From positions 1-64,000 of IMG/VR virus record IMGVR_UViG_3300002835_000050: 64,000 nt of DNA; one strand, given 5' to 3'. The stretch is from a virus. Under the pieces are notes generated by a model, which saw only the letters and a list, made by a program, of their open reading frames with translations, was not told the DNA's origin and did not search any database. Positions 50,601 through 59,249 of this stretch are shown here, one piece after another (the first letter of the stretch is position 1; the number at the start of each line of letters is the position of its first letter). The translations under genes were made by a program, and so were the position numbers.

Positions 50601-53478
50601 AGAGATTATAAAATACAATGCTGAGTTTGATAGAGCTACAGGTTTATCTAAAGATGAAGCTAAAAAATTAAGATATTATGAAGATGAGATAATTGCTTTA
50701 GGAAAAGCTTCAGAAATGACTGATGCTCAAAAAGCTGAATATCAATCATTTATAAGTAATAAAACTGCATTTGGTTTATCTGAACAACAAATTGTTTATT
50801 TAAGAAGTAGATTTAAAAAATTAGCTGAATTAACATATACAGAACCTACTGATTACTATATTACTACATTTAATGCAATGTTAGGTGACACTGATATAGA
50901 ACTTATAACTAAAGAAACTGCAGATAGTTGGGTAAATTCAGAAAACCTTAGAGTTGCAAAAGAAGCAAATCCAAAGTTTGCAGAATGGTTTGATAGAAAT
51001 CATGTTGAGAAAGAAGTATTTAATGAAGGTAAAGCTGTTTATGAAACAGCTAACATTAGAACTAAAGCATGGACAGTATCTAAACCAACTAATCCAAGTC
51101 ATTATAAAAAAACAACATTAACTGATCCTAGTACAGGTTTAGAAATAGCAGTTGATGGTATTCCTATTGGGAAATATTCATATTCAACAATTAAAAATGA
51201 ATATAAGACAGGATATGATCCAAAAACTGGTAAAGTTAAATTAGAAGTAGGTAAGCATATTGATAACCGTGGTAACTTTTTACCAAAGGAACAACCATTA
51301 GGAGGCCCATTCAGTAAATATATGAATGAGAAGTACTATGAGATGAAGAAAGCTAACTCTGCTGAATTTAAATTATTAGAAGCTATTAAAAAACAAAGAT
51401 TAATTAACCAAGAAAAGTCTCCATATGCATCAAGATTATATCTTGATTATGCAAGATTTAGAATTAATACTAACCTTGAATATGGTCAATCTGGTAAATT
51501 AGCAAGTGATGCAAAAGATAAAGTTGGTGCAGTAAGTGATGCTTTAAAAGCTTCTGTTACTAGAGCAGCTGATGATGTTGAAATTGGACAAGCTAATTTT
51601 GATCCTAAGTTTTTATATGTACCAACAGATTTACAAGGTAAGGCTTTACCAAAAGTTCCAGTAGCTGGTTTATATAAAATGAATCTTAATTCTGTTTCTA
51701 AAGATGTAATTACTTCAGAGTTAAATTATATGAACTCTTTAGATCTTCAAAAAGTATTGCTTGATACACAATCAACAGCTAATGCAGTAGTTGATGTATT
51801 AGGAGATCCTGATAATGCATTAGATAGATTAGATAGAGTAAGTAGTAAATTATCTAGAGCTCAAGACAAAGCTGCAGTATTCTTAAAAAGAGATACTAAT
51901 AATAAGTTACAATTTGCTAAAGATTTTATTGCCCGTACATGGTATGGTGAAAATGTTAGTGAGTACCAACAAGAAAACCCTATTATTTCTAAGTTAGTTA
52001 GAAAATCTATGGGTGCTGCTAGTTTTGCTTTCTATAATTTAAATCCAACATCTACTATTAAGAATAAGGGTGGGATGACCTTTCAAAAATTAATTTTTAC
52101 TGCTGGAGGCAAACACATTAGTTTTGCGTCAATGGCAAGAGGACAAATTAAAGCTACTAAAGCTGTATTTGAATATGCTACATCTGGTAATTATACAACA
52201 GGTATTAAAAGTTTAGATATGCAGTTAATGGATGCATTTGATATGTCTCCAGGTAAAACTAAAAAGGATGCTAAAAAATCTCATACTAATACAGCAATTA
52301 AACAATTACTTGATGGAGCATGGATGTATTCAGATAGAAAATTAACTGAGGTACAAGGAGCTCTAGAAATAGGATTCAGTTTAATGGATTGGCAAATGGT
52401 AGACCAAGTTCAACCAGACGGTACTGTTAAACAAATAAGATATGTTGATGCATTTGAAACAGGTGATGATGGTATTGCTAAATTAAAAGATGGTATCAAT
52501 CCTGAGTGGGGAATGAACTATATTGATCATGTTGTAGAAACTGGTGAGACTCTAGAGTCTATTGCTAAAAAATACAATATGACTGTAGAAGAGTTAAAAT
52601 TAAAAAATAAAATTACTAAAGCAGATACTGTTGAAGAAGGTAAATCTTTAATCATTTCTAGAAACACTAAGTTTAATATGATGAAACTTAGAATGGCTAG
52701 TGCTAACAAAAAACTTAATGGTAGTATGTCAGCAATAGATTCTCCAACAGCAGAAAAAAATCTATGGTATGATGTTGTATCATTCTCTAGAAAGTTTGCT
52801 ACAGGTATGTTCTTATCAAGATTTCAAATGGATACATCTAAAGGAAACTTTGGAGGTAAAGTATGGGATTGGGATTTAGATGAAGCTACTAGAGGTTCTT
52901 ATATTACTTTCTTACAAAATGGTTATCAGTTAACAAAAAGTGTTGGTAAGTATTGGTCAGTAATGACTAAAGATGAAAAAGCTGCTTTTTATAAAATCAT
53001 GATGGAAGGAATGCTATTGACTTTATCTACTATAGCAATTACAATGTTATTTGGTTTTGAAGGAGATGATGAAGACAGGTTTAAAAAGTTAAAAGAAAGA
53101 GAAGAGAAATATGGTAATGTAGGTTGGTTAGCTAATCATATGCTTTATCAAATCATCATGGTACAAAAAGAAAATAGTACAATGATACCTCTTCCTGGAT
53201 TAGGAGCTGCAGACTGGTTAGATTTTAGTAGTACTAGTAGTATTGTTATGGGTCCAACATTAGAGTTGTATCAAAAAATATTTATGGATTTAGCTTATAT
53301 AGTAACAGGTAATGATAAAGCTATTTATAAACAAGAAGTAGGACCTTACTCATGGCAAGAAGAAGGTAATTACAAATTGTGGAATCATTTAGCAAGTATA
53401 TTTGGAGTATCTGGTAAAAACTACAGTCCAATATGGGCAATTAAGAAAAATGAAGTTTTCACAAATCTTAGAAGTTAA
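47668..53478 (+). CDS. Giant ejected virion protein (third of the vRNAP trio) with zincin motif and LysM domain
   Basis: HEFAH (48193-48207) with downstream EEALV; LysM HVVETGETLESIAKKYNMTVEELKLKN (52528-52656); hydrophobic segment at 53008-53058. Confidence 0.7.
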   Translation: MPCVNKITQFINELIFNEASPAMNMSLANAKTLIKNVNRKYGYEAARLIIGDTLDVTTYASKDLIDKFYANELALEMAEASKTENEARSAEINNIDSEEDFIKRQFEQARDYEIASKLGDKYQKAFGIDYSIVTPAEAALILELTPTPYDPSVSAFFYANRVYFIEGNFKSNTVVHEFAHPLIKAIAFQNPKLFDSLYARLTGTVTGREALNRVNERYPELEEGSDRYREEALVTAIELDAEIKLSGIKTSDTAFDKFMENLLFAIKKVIQALTKKVTLKNLSSQTTRDQLVDMMLNEDFVIQDINYQTNMFAEFSKDTDQFLKELKAVEPKQIINIINKFHTEMSFQLNELRNSPKKFKESLGKDAAANIRLIRDYVKGYKTVDEDITDDELKDLLDSLVVDEADLNVRSLAFINSLSELMLFARKIEKIFNDIKASKEYLTEEGNQKIQYFKQYMERESKFLKDVLNELDMDSSNKLSKEILSIKELMDRNIDKAKVLSFNYVKDFILANGISMQENVKKDLSDKIDLILKADGFTEDEINVFKDDLFQKLDVDNIRAISESDFNLPRKPTKFAKNIINEIKQYNNNKITEQTVDEYLRGHVRDLSLAGATFTPTGNINDLFGTFVKAMKNKISDAEVLSQQEQMKFVENLKPLLTAVNWNPNNTNQLADMLLFEDEKGIIDEQGNVTSYQAYSYIDKFKNWEFAQAQLMGNLKKAKLKGDKAEIKAAMQAMRDFERDYKIRRFTDEVYEVQDIWLQSNTVYDPTTKKNITISADISLEAFNERKAALDDLATYSNSSEFTSLDDLLEFTPSAEAKVKYNNLYNLYDADGNYKQGVELQKVLVRRFYRQESRKFYESNPDTKKFQNDFDHFVNSELASLGITKDDNPERYEAEIKKFLAKNTRVAYTDEYYQEKTETLAEINAINEKAKGAEISKKLASLYEQRYSITNRVTDKDGEPNGAELGNESLNRLKDIEEEIIKYNAEFDRATGLSKDEAKKLRYYEDEIIALGKASEMTDAQKAEYQSFISNKTAFGLSEQQIVYLRSRFKKLAELTYTEPTDYYITTFNAMLGDTDIELITKETADSWVNSENLRVAKEANPKFAEWFDRNHVEKEVFNEGKAVYETANIRTKAWTVSKPTNPSHYKKTTLTDPSTGLEIAVDGIPIGKYSYSTIKNEYKTGYDPKTGKVKLEVGKHIDNRGNFLPKEQPLGGPFSKYMNEKYYEMKKANSAEFKLLEAIKKQRLINQEKSPYASRLYLDYARFRINTNLEYGQSGKLASDAKDKVGAVSDALKASVTRAADDVEIGQANFDPKFLYVPTDLQGKALPKVPVAGLYKMNLNSVSKDVITSELNYMNSLDLQKVLLDTQSTANAVVDVLGDPDNALDRLDRVSSKLSRAQDKAAVFLKRDTNNKLQFAKDFIARTWYGENVSEYQQENPIISKLVRKSMGAASFAFYNLNPTSTIKNKGGMTFQKLIFTAGGKHISFASMARGQIKATKAVFEYATSGNYTTGIKSLDMQLMDAFDMSPGKTKKDAKKSHTNTAIKQLLDGAWMYSDRKLTEVQGALEIGFSLMDWQMVDQVQPDGTVKQIRYVDAFETGDDGIAKLKDGINPEWGMNYIDHVVETGETLESIAKKYNMTVEELKLKNKITKADTVEEGKSLIISRNTKFNMMKLRMASANKKLNGSMSAIDSPTAEKNLWYDVVSFSRKFATGMFLSRFQMDTSKGNFGGKVWDWDLDEATRGSYITFLQNGYQLTKSVGKYWSVMTKDEKAAFYKIMMEGMLLTLSTIAITMLFGFEGDDEDRFKKLKEREEKYGNVGWLANHMLYQIIMVQKENSTMIPLPGLGAADWLDFSSTSSIVMGPTLELYQKIFMDLAYIVTGNDKAIYKQEVGPYSWQEEGNYKLWNHLASIFGVSGKNYSPIWAIKKNEVFTNLRS

Positions 53479-53495
53479 ACAATAAATAGTAAACA

Positions 53496-53633
53496 ATGGC
53501 AAAGGCAACAACAACAATCAAAATTTACACTAAGCCTAAAGTATCTAGGCCGGGTGTACATGCTAAAACTAAATCTTCTAAAATGAAGAGCTCTAAGAAT
53601 TATCAAAAGAAATATAATTCACAAGGGAGGTAA
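53496..53633 (+). CDS. Small basic protein, 45 aa (not in ORF track): MAKATTTIKIYTKPKVSRPGVHAKTKSSKMKSSKNYQKKYNSQGR
   Basis: A-rich leader; ATG at 53496, TAA at 53631-53633; fills the gap before the terminator. Confidence 0.65.
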   Translation: MAKATTTIKIYTKPKVSRPGVHAKTKSSKMKSSKNYQKKYNSQGR

Positions 53634-53634
53634 G

Positions 53635-53665
53635 AAAAAAAAAGGGGAACCATTACAGTTCCCCT
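53635..53665 (-). terminator. Terminator at the junction of the convergent transcription units
   Basis: AGGGGAAC/GTTCCCCT stem; A9 on the + strand gives a U tract on the - strand. Confidence 0.8.
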
Positions 53666-54000
53666 AATTCTATGTCAAGTAATTGACAAAATAATTTTTT
53701 TGTTTCAGCTTCTACAGCTTCTTTTGGCCACTTTTCAATACTGTCATTGTAGTGACTAGTATCAAAACCAATCACCCACCAATCTTTTGGTGCATTAACA
53801 CCATCTCCAAAATCAAAATATGTAATTCCTCCGTGTACATCTATATCATATAACATATTATGATAATCCATTTTACATGCAGGATGTGTTGGTGGTACAG
53901 CTACATAACCATTACCCCAACCTCTACTAACAAATACATTTCCTCTTACTAAATTTGGATAAATATTTTTGTTTTCTTTTTCAATTATATACCAAATCAT
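53653..54000 (-). CDS. Conserved phage hypothetical protein
   Basis: GNGYV..P..HP...VHGGITY...WVIGFDTSH pattern common in phage early proteins. Confidence 0.65.
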   Translation of the reverse strand: MIWYIIEKENKNIYPNLVRGNVFVSRGWGNGYVAVPPTHPACKMDYHNMLYDIDVHGGITYFDFGDGVNAPKDWWVIGFDTSHYNDSIEKWPKEAVEAETKKLFCQLLDIELGEL

Positions 54001-54003
54001 AGT

Positions 54004-54177
54004 TTATTCATCTTCTTCACAACATTCACAATCTTCTATCTCTTCAATACCAAAATAGTCATCATGCCAAGTTCTAGCATCATCTTTTGTAGGTCTTTCA
54101 TAACACCCACAATACATTGATTCAGCACCAGCCATGTATGCTTCTATTAATAGTTTTTTAAGAGTTGCTTTGTTCAT
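54004..54177 (-). CDS. Small hypothetical protein (likely start MNKATLKK)
   Basis: ORF-track ORF trimmed to reduce overlap; acidic, Cys-containing C-terminus. Confidence 0.45.
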   Translation of the reverse strand: MNKATLKKLLIEAYMAGAESMYCGCYERPTKDDARTWHDDYFGIEEIEDCECCEEDE

Positions 54178-54583
54178 GTTTTTCTTGTGTTTCAACTAAA
54201 TTTTGTATTCTTTTTCTACCCTTTTCTGCAATTGGAATAGGATTACCTTCTTCATCTATATGTACAAAAGTAATTTGTGTTTTTAATACTAAAACCTGCT
54301 TCCCTGTATATACATTGTGAGCACGGGCCTCCATATATAAAGTTACAGATGCATTACCTAATCTAGTTGGATAACCATAGATTTTAAGTAATTGACTCTC
54401 TCTTGCAGGTTTTTCAAAATTACACTTATCAATAGACACAGTAACCATTCTTGGGGTATCACATAATTGCATAGAGTATCCTGCAGCTGCAGCATCTATC
54501 CATGCTAAAAGTTTACCTCCAAATAAATTTCCATGAAAACCTAAATCAGATTTCTTAATTGGGTGTGTATTCAGCAGTTCCAT
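54158..54583 (-). CDS. Acyl-CoA thioesterase (hotdog fold, YciA-like)
   Basis: DLGFHGNLFGGKLLAWIDAAAA...VTVSIDKCNFEKP...TFVHIDEEGNP. Confidence 0.85.
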   Translation of the reverse strand: MELLNTHPIKKSDLGFHGNLFGGKLLAWIDAAAAGYSMQLCDTPRMVTVSIDKCNFEKPARESQLLKIYGYPTRLGNASVTLYMEARAHNVYTGKQVLVLKTQITFVHIDEEGNPIPIAEKGRKRIQNLVETQEKHEQSNS

Positions 54584-54923
54584 CTTCAATTTCTACTAGT
54601 TTATATTTAGATAAATCTATTCCTTGTCTTGTTAATGTTGTAATATTTGCTAAAGCTGTACCGTCACCTTTTGCTAATTGTTCTCCTATGATAACAATAG
54701 CTTGCATAAAAGTTGGTGCTGTTTCAGGATCATTATCCCACATCTGTCTTTTTCTCTTATCATTAACTTGAGTCAGTGCATTAATAGCTTCTCTAATTTT
54801 AACTTTGACTTTACCTTGTTGATAAACAGTACCTTCTAATTCAAGAGCACAATTTTGTACAACCTGCATTGCAGACAGTAAAGTAACATAAGTTATTAAA
54901 TCTTGTGAGATTTCTTCAGACAT
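54555..54923 (-). CDS. Hypothetical protein
   Basis: 122-aa ORF within a contiguous - strand operon. Confidence 0.55.
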   Translation of the reverse strand: MSEEISQDLITYVTLLSAMQVVQNCALELEGTVYQQGKVKVKIREAINALTQVNDKRKRQMWDNDPETAPTFMQAIVIIGEQLAKGDGTALANITTLTRQGIDLSKYKLVEIEDGTAEYTPN

Positions 54924-54925
54924 AA

Positions 54926-55312
54926 TTAATCAACTTTAATAAATTTAGTTAAGTCTGGTTTAAAGTAATTGGGACCTTTTAGAATTTTAAGATCATCTCT
55001 TAATACAGGTTTACCATCTTCTCCTAACTTACTCATATTACTTGCTTGGATTTCATCAAATACATCTTCTATAATATGTTGCATACCATGTCTTAGGATT
55101 GTACCACATAAGATATACAACTGATCTCCCAAAGCATCTGCAATTTCTATTAAAGAATTAGATTCACATCCTTCTAAGTATTCATAGTTTTCTTCAGCCA
55201 TTAACTTATATCTAAGATCATACTCATCTTTTGTTAAAGGTCTTGGATATGTACCATTATCTTGTCCAAATGCATTATGGAACTTTTCTACTGCTTCAAT
55301 TTGTTTTTTCAT
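54926..55312 (-). CDS. MazG-like/PRA-PH-family nucleoside triphosphate pyrophosphohydrolase
   Basis: VEKFHNAFG...LMAEENYEY...EIADALGDQLY...SNMSKLG.DGKP..R.D.KILKGPNY. Confidence 0.85.
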   Translation of the reverse strand: MKKQIEAVEKFHNAFGQDNGTYPRPLTKDEYDLRYKLMAEENYEYLEGCESNSLIEIADALGDQLYILCGTILRHGMQHIIEDVFDEIQASNMSKLGEDGKPVLRDDLKILKGPNYFKPDLTKFIKVD

Positions 55313-55614
55313 GGGCGTGTTTGTTTTAATAACTGCATTAATTGTTTGTGTAGTAACTCATTTCTTTTTGTTAAGTCTACTATCTTATTAAGATTATCTT
55401 TATTTATTAACTTTAATTTTTCAGTTTCTTTACTTAATAAACTGTTTTTATAGTTCATTTTCATAATCACTGCATCTTTTTCAGATTGTTTTAACTTAAC
55501 AGCTTCTTCTAACTCAACAATATATGCATTCTGTTTACCTAATTCAATTCTTAATGTTTGAATTAATAATTCATCTGGAACTTTTTCTAATCCTGACCAT
55601 TCTTTATCTTTCAT
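55309..55614 (-). CDS. Coiled-coil hypothetical protein
   Basis: Heptad-rich 101-aa ORF, ATGA-coupled to the next gene. Confidence 0.55.
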   Translation of the reverse strand: MKDKEWSGLEKVPDELLIQTLRIELGKQNAYIVELEEAVKLKQSEKDAVIMKMNYKNSLLSKETEKLKLINKDNLNKIVDLTKRNELLHKQLMQLLKQTRP

Positions 55615-55618
55615 ATAA

Positions 55619-55626
55619 CAAAGTTA
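55619..55626 (-). promoter_or_regulatory. Bacteroidota-type -7 element TAACTTTG (possible leaderless transcript)
   Basis: Exact TAnnTTTG 4 nt upstream of the ATG at 55614, just after a terminator; no clear -33 box. Confidence 0.4.
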
Positions 55627-55658
55627 AAAAAAAAGAGGTAACATATGCTACCCCTTTT
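55626..55658 (-). terminator. Rho-independent terminator
   Basis: - strand GGGGTAGC-atat-GTTACCTC followed by T9. Confidence 0.75.
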
Positions 55659-55669
55659 ATTAGTAAATA

Positions 55670-56878
55670 TTAAAATTCAAATGCTACATCATCATCTTCA
55701 TCTTCAACAGAAGTAAAGTCTAAATCAAAATTAGCTTCTTCCATTTCTATAACCGGTTCTATAACAGGTTGAATAAGATCTAGATTAGCTTCTTCATATT
55801 CTTCTGGTGTTGGTTCTAAGCTTGGTTGAGGATCTACTTCTTCAAAGAAGTTTTCTACTTCAGTTAGTAATATTTCTTCTTCCAAATCTTTCACAGTCTC
55901 AGCATCATGTCCAGCACAAGGAGGAACTACTGGTGCTTCAAAAGTATTACCTGCAGCATCAGTATATTGCATTACTTCATCTATCGTAATATTACGATCA
56001 ATGACCTCTTGTTCATCATTTGCAGCATATCTGATATCTTCATCTATGATATCAGCTTCCATATCAGCAATCTGATCTAACAAACTAACTTGATTAGGAT
56101 CTGAATAGACAACCGGTACAACTACCTCTTCTACTACAGGAACAACAACAACTGCTGGAGCCTGTGCAAAGTTATTAATACTAGAAATAAAGTAGTGTAA
56201 TATTCTTTGATCTTCCATCCAAGTCTTAGGATGAGAAATCTGTAAAGCTAAAGTTACATAGTTATAGAATGCCCATAAGGAACCACTCTCTTCAAATACA
56301 TGAGTAGGCTTATCCATTTGTTGTCTAATTACACTAGCTTGTTCTGTAGTAAGAATTTGATACTCAGCAAATAAAATACCAAGCATTTGAGCTTGTTTTC
56401 TTTTAGTCATTGGTACTTGTTTCATTGCTTCTTTATCACTAACTAATTGATCATAATACATTTGAGCATTAGCAATTTGATCAGTAATAGTATTCAATGT
56501 TTCTTCATCTGCAGTTCCGGTGTGTTTTCTAGACCAGTTACCCATATCTCCACAAACCATTACGGTTCCTGTTTTATTGATAAAAGCACCAACACCACAT
56601 TTAAATCTTACTTGTTTGTTATAACTGTTTGTCCAAGCAAACATCATTGATAACTCAGGATCATTATTATAGGTTAATCTATAAATTGCTTGAGCAATAT
56701 TTCCATCGGCAGTAGCTCTGTACTCCTCATCAGCAATACTAAATCCTGCATTAGTAAGAGCAGTAGCTGACATATCCATAACTGATTCATGACTAATAAC
56801 AGTATAGCTGTCCCCATGTACGGGAAGAGCTATATCTATTAAACTTGCTTTTGTGCAATCTTGAATTTTCTTTGGCAT
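55670..56878 (-). CDS. DUF932-like protein with long acidic C-terminal tail
   Basis: YTVISH...FAWTNSYNK..RF..GVG..I...G...RKHTG...SLWAFYNYVT pattern. Confidence 0.6.
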   Translation of the reverse strand: MPKKIQDCTKASLIDIALPVHGDSYTVISHESVMDMSATALTNAGFSIADEEYRATADGNIAQAIYRLTYNNDPELSMMFAWTNSYNKQVRFKCGVGAFINKTGTVMVCGDMGNWSRKHTGTADEETLNTITDQIANAQMYYDQLVSDKEAMKQVPMTKRKQAQMLGILFAEYQILTTEQASVIRQQMDKPTHVFEESGSLWAFYNYVTLALQISHPKTWMEDQRILHYFISSINNFAQAPAVVVVPVVEEVVVPVVYSDPNQVSLLDQIADMEADIIDEDIRYAANDEQEVIDRNITIDEVMQYTDAAGNTFEAPVVPPCAGHDAETVKDLEEEILLTEVENFFEEVDPQPSLEPTPEEYEEANLDLIQPVIEPVIEMEEANFDLDFTSVEDEDDDVAFEF

Positions 56879-56879
56879 T

Positions 56880-58787
56880 TTAAAATAATTTTAATTGGTT
56901 ATTAATAGGTTCTAAAGACCTAATTTCTTTATAAATATTTTCTAAATAATATTTTTGATTGATTCTATATTCAGAAAATACTTTCTCTTCATAGTCAATC
57001 ATAATAGTTTGCATCCATTTCCCGGCCTCTACCTGGATTTCTCTGCCATCACTATTATTAGTTTTAATTATTTTAGATCCATTGTCTGATACAAAATATC
57101 TTATTGTATGTTGTAAAGGAGTATTAGTATAAGTTCCATCAACAACAGTATGCTGATGAAATGTCCAATCACCTTTAATTTTTACACCACCACAATAATC
57201 AAATATGTTTTGGTTCTCAGCTAAATAATCTTCAGGTTTAACACCTTCTACAAAGTATGCATGTATAGCTTTAGGTATAATTAAGAAACTCTTGTTTTTA
57301 TGAAGAGCTAAATCTTTATACTCAAATCTACCTTTACACTTAGATTTTCCATCTTCAGTAACAGCAATATAGTTATTAACGTCACCTAAGATTATTTTAC
57401 TATAAGTGTCATGCTCAAGCTGCAGTAATGTTTGTTTTTCCCAGCGCGCACATATCTCCATATACTTATCTACATATTCTCTTGGGATTAAAGTCTCAAG
57501 ACCATCTGTATTTTGCATAATCGGCATAGCACCCGGAATCTCTTCACAAATCATTTCATATAACATGCTTAGACATAACTGACCATTAATAGTAATTCTC
57601 ATAGTAAACTCAGGATCATATAGAAAACTATGTTCATCATTACTTAAACCATAAGTTGAATTTAAGATAATCTTATACACATAATTTCTTGGATCAGATT
57701 TAGGAATCTTTTTTCTTTCTTCAAAGAACCACTCATATAAATCACAAAAATCTTTTTGTGGTAAGTGTCCTGGTGCCCATTTATTTCTAATAGCTAGATT
57801 AGGATAGAAACTGGTAACATCAGAAGTCATAATAACCATGTCTTTATCAGATTCATAAACCTTAGAAGATCTAGCACCATGTATACCACCTAAGCCATAA
57901 TCTGTTTTCACTCCTTTGTACTGAATAGAATACTTAAATCCTCCTTTAGTCTCACCTGGATAGATGTCTACTTCATTAAACTTCTTTAAAAGATTTTGAA
58001 ATGTAGCTGTCTTAAATTCAATATAAGGTAGTATAATATCTTTTACTACAATCTTAGGCCTATGAGTTCTCATTTGCTTAAGATGGTATTTTTTAATTCC
58101 TGTCTGATTACTTAAGAAATGTAAAAATAATTCTTTAGAAATTCTAGGCTCAGAGGCAGAGAATAAATCAATGTTGTATTCTTCAGTTAAAGTTCTTCTC
58201 AAAGCAATCTGATCTTTACTAAACTTCATTATCTGTTTAGTAGACTTAACATCATTAATACAATATGTAATTATCATTGGAATTTGTGAACTCTCAATTT
58301 TAGTAGTATGGTGTATGGGCATATCAATGATATTCTTCCAATCCATAGTATACTGAATCCACTTTAATGAACTTCTCTTAGCTGGATTATCCCAGTGATT
58401 AAGTTTAAATACATCTACCTGTCTAATTTGGATATCACGGGGTCTAAACTCTAAAAATTCTCCATTGTTTTGTCTATAAATTACTTCTTGTGCTTTTCCA
58501 TAAATAAATTTAGCTACATCTTCAGCTGTCATATTTAACAGTTCATATGCATTATTTAAGATATATTGTGTTATTTGACTATCAAAGCCTAGACCATTGA
58601 AACTTACATGCCATTCATCTTGTACAATATTAGTATCAAGAAAGTTTAGGAATTCTTTTAGATCATTTCTACTTTCATGTATAACAAATACTTCTTGATG
58701 TTCAGACTTAATATCCTCAAAGCAGGCTATAAAACAGTTGGATAAGGTCTCGAAATCCATCACCCAATGTGTGCGGTCTCTATTCAT
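56880..58787 (-). CDS. polB: DNA polymerase family B with 3'-5' exonuclease
   Basis: Exo I DFET, Exo II FNGLGFD, Exo III YCINDV; polymerase motifs DVTSFYPN, KIILNSTYG, NTDG. Confidence 0.9.
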   Translation of the reverse strand: MNRDRTHWVMDFETLSNCFIACFEDIKSEHQEVFVIHESRNDLKEFLNFLDTNIVQDEWHVSFNGLGFDSQITQYILNNAYELLNMTAEDVAKFIYGKAQEVIYRQNNGEFLEFRPRDIQIRQVDVFKLNHWDNPAKRSSLKWIQYTMDWKNIIDMPIHHTTKIESSQIPMIITYCINDVKSTKQIMKFSKDQIALRRTLTEEYNIDLFSASEPRISKELFLHFLSNQTGIKKYHLKQMRTHRPKIVVKDIILPYIEFKTATFQNLLKKFNEVDIYPGETKGGFKYSIQYKGVKTDYGLGGIHGARSSKVYESDKDMVIMTSDVTSFYPNLAIRNKWAPGHLPQKDFCDLYEWFFEERKKIPKSDPRNYVYKIILNSTYGLSNDEHSFLYDPEFTMRITINGQLCLSMLYEMICEEIPGAMPIMQNTDGLETLIPREYVDKYMEICARWEKQTLLQLEHDTYSKIILGDVNNYIAVTEDGKSKCKGRFEYKDLALHKNKSFLIIPKAIHAYFVEGVKPEDYLAENQNIFDYCGGVKIKGDWTFHQHTVVDGTYTNTPLQHTIRYFVSDNGSKIIKTNNSDGREIQVEAGKWMQTIMIDYEEKVFSEYRINQKYYLENIYKEIRSLEPINNQLKLF

Positions 58788-59244
58788 TTTTTAAATATTT
58801 AATTGCATTTTCTAAACTATGGATGTTGTCTTTAAAATTACCCAAAGCAAGATTGCAGTTATTACATAACAGTCCTCTTACTTTTCCTGTAGTATGACAA
58901 TGATCAACTGATAATAACTTATCAAGGTCTGTGTCAAGAGTTAAACAAATAGCACACCTATGACCTTGTTCTTCTAACATTTGTAAATAAATATCATGAG
59001 TAATATCAATACCATAGGTTTTATTCCATGAGTATACTTTTCTTCTCAAGATATGTTTATGTTTATTTTTTACATAAGCCTTATTAGCAATTGCCTTACA
59101 TTTATCAGGATTTTTTGCATAATAATCAAGCATATGCTTATTAGAACAGGTTTTACAATGTGAATGTAAACCATCTTTTCTACTTCTATCAGTCCTAAAA
59201 CACTCATTAGGCTGAGCAATTTTGCATTTTGTACATGTTTTCAT
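58780..59244 (-). CDS. Free-standing endonuclease VII-type HNH homing endonuclease (start at MKTCTKC)
   Basis: N-terminal CTKC...CKTC; CAIC...VDHCHTTGKVRGLLCNNCN. Confidence 0.8.
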   Translation of the reverse strand: MKTCTKCKIAQPNECFRTDRSRKDGLHSHCKTCSNKHMLDYYAKNPDKCKAIANKAYVKNKHKHILRRKVYSWNKTYGIDITHDIYLQMLEEQGHRCAICLTLDTDLDKLLSVDHCHTTGKVRGLLCNNCNLALGNFKDNIHSLENAIKYLKNE

Positions 59245-59249
59245 GACTA

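Noticed and set aside
1778-52709. Short - strand ORFs inside the late module (e.g. 2634-3062, 39282-39857) and + strand ORFs inside the replication module
   Set aside because: Entirely antisense to long genuine genes; Phe/Leu/Ser-rich shadow-frame composition with no leaders or motifs.
405-53659. Same CATTACAGT loop sequence in the terminators at 395-429 and 53635-53665
   Set aside because: Only two instances, and their U tracts are on opposite strands, so the RNA loops differ; probably coincidence.
36820-58787. Introns or inteins in vRNAP or PolB
   Set aside because: Both ORFs are continuous with normally spaced motifs; no C...HN intein signature. The terminal Cys pairs lack split-intein motifs.
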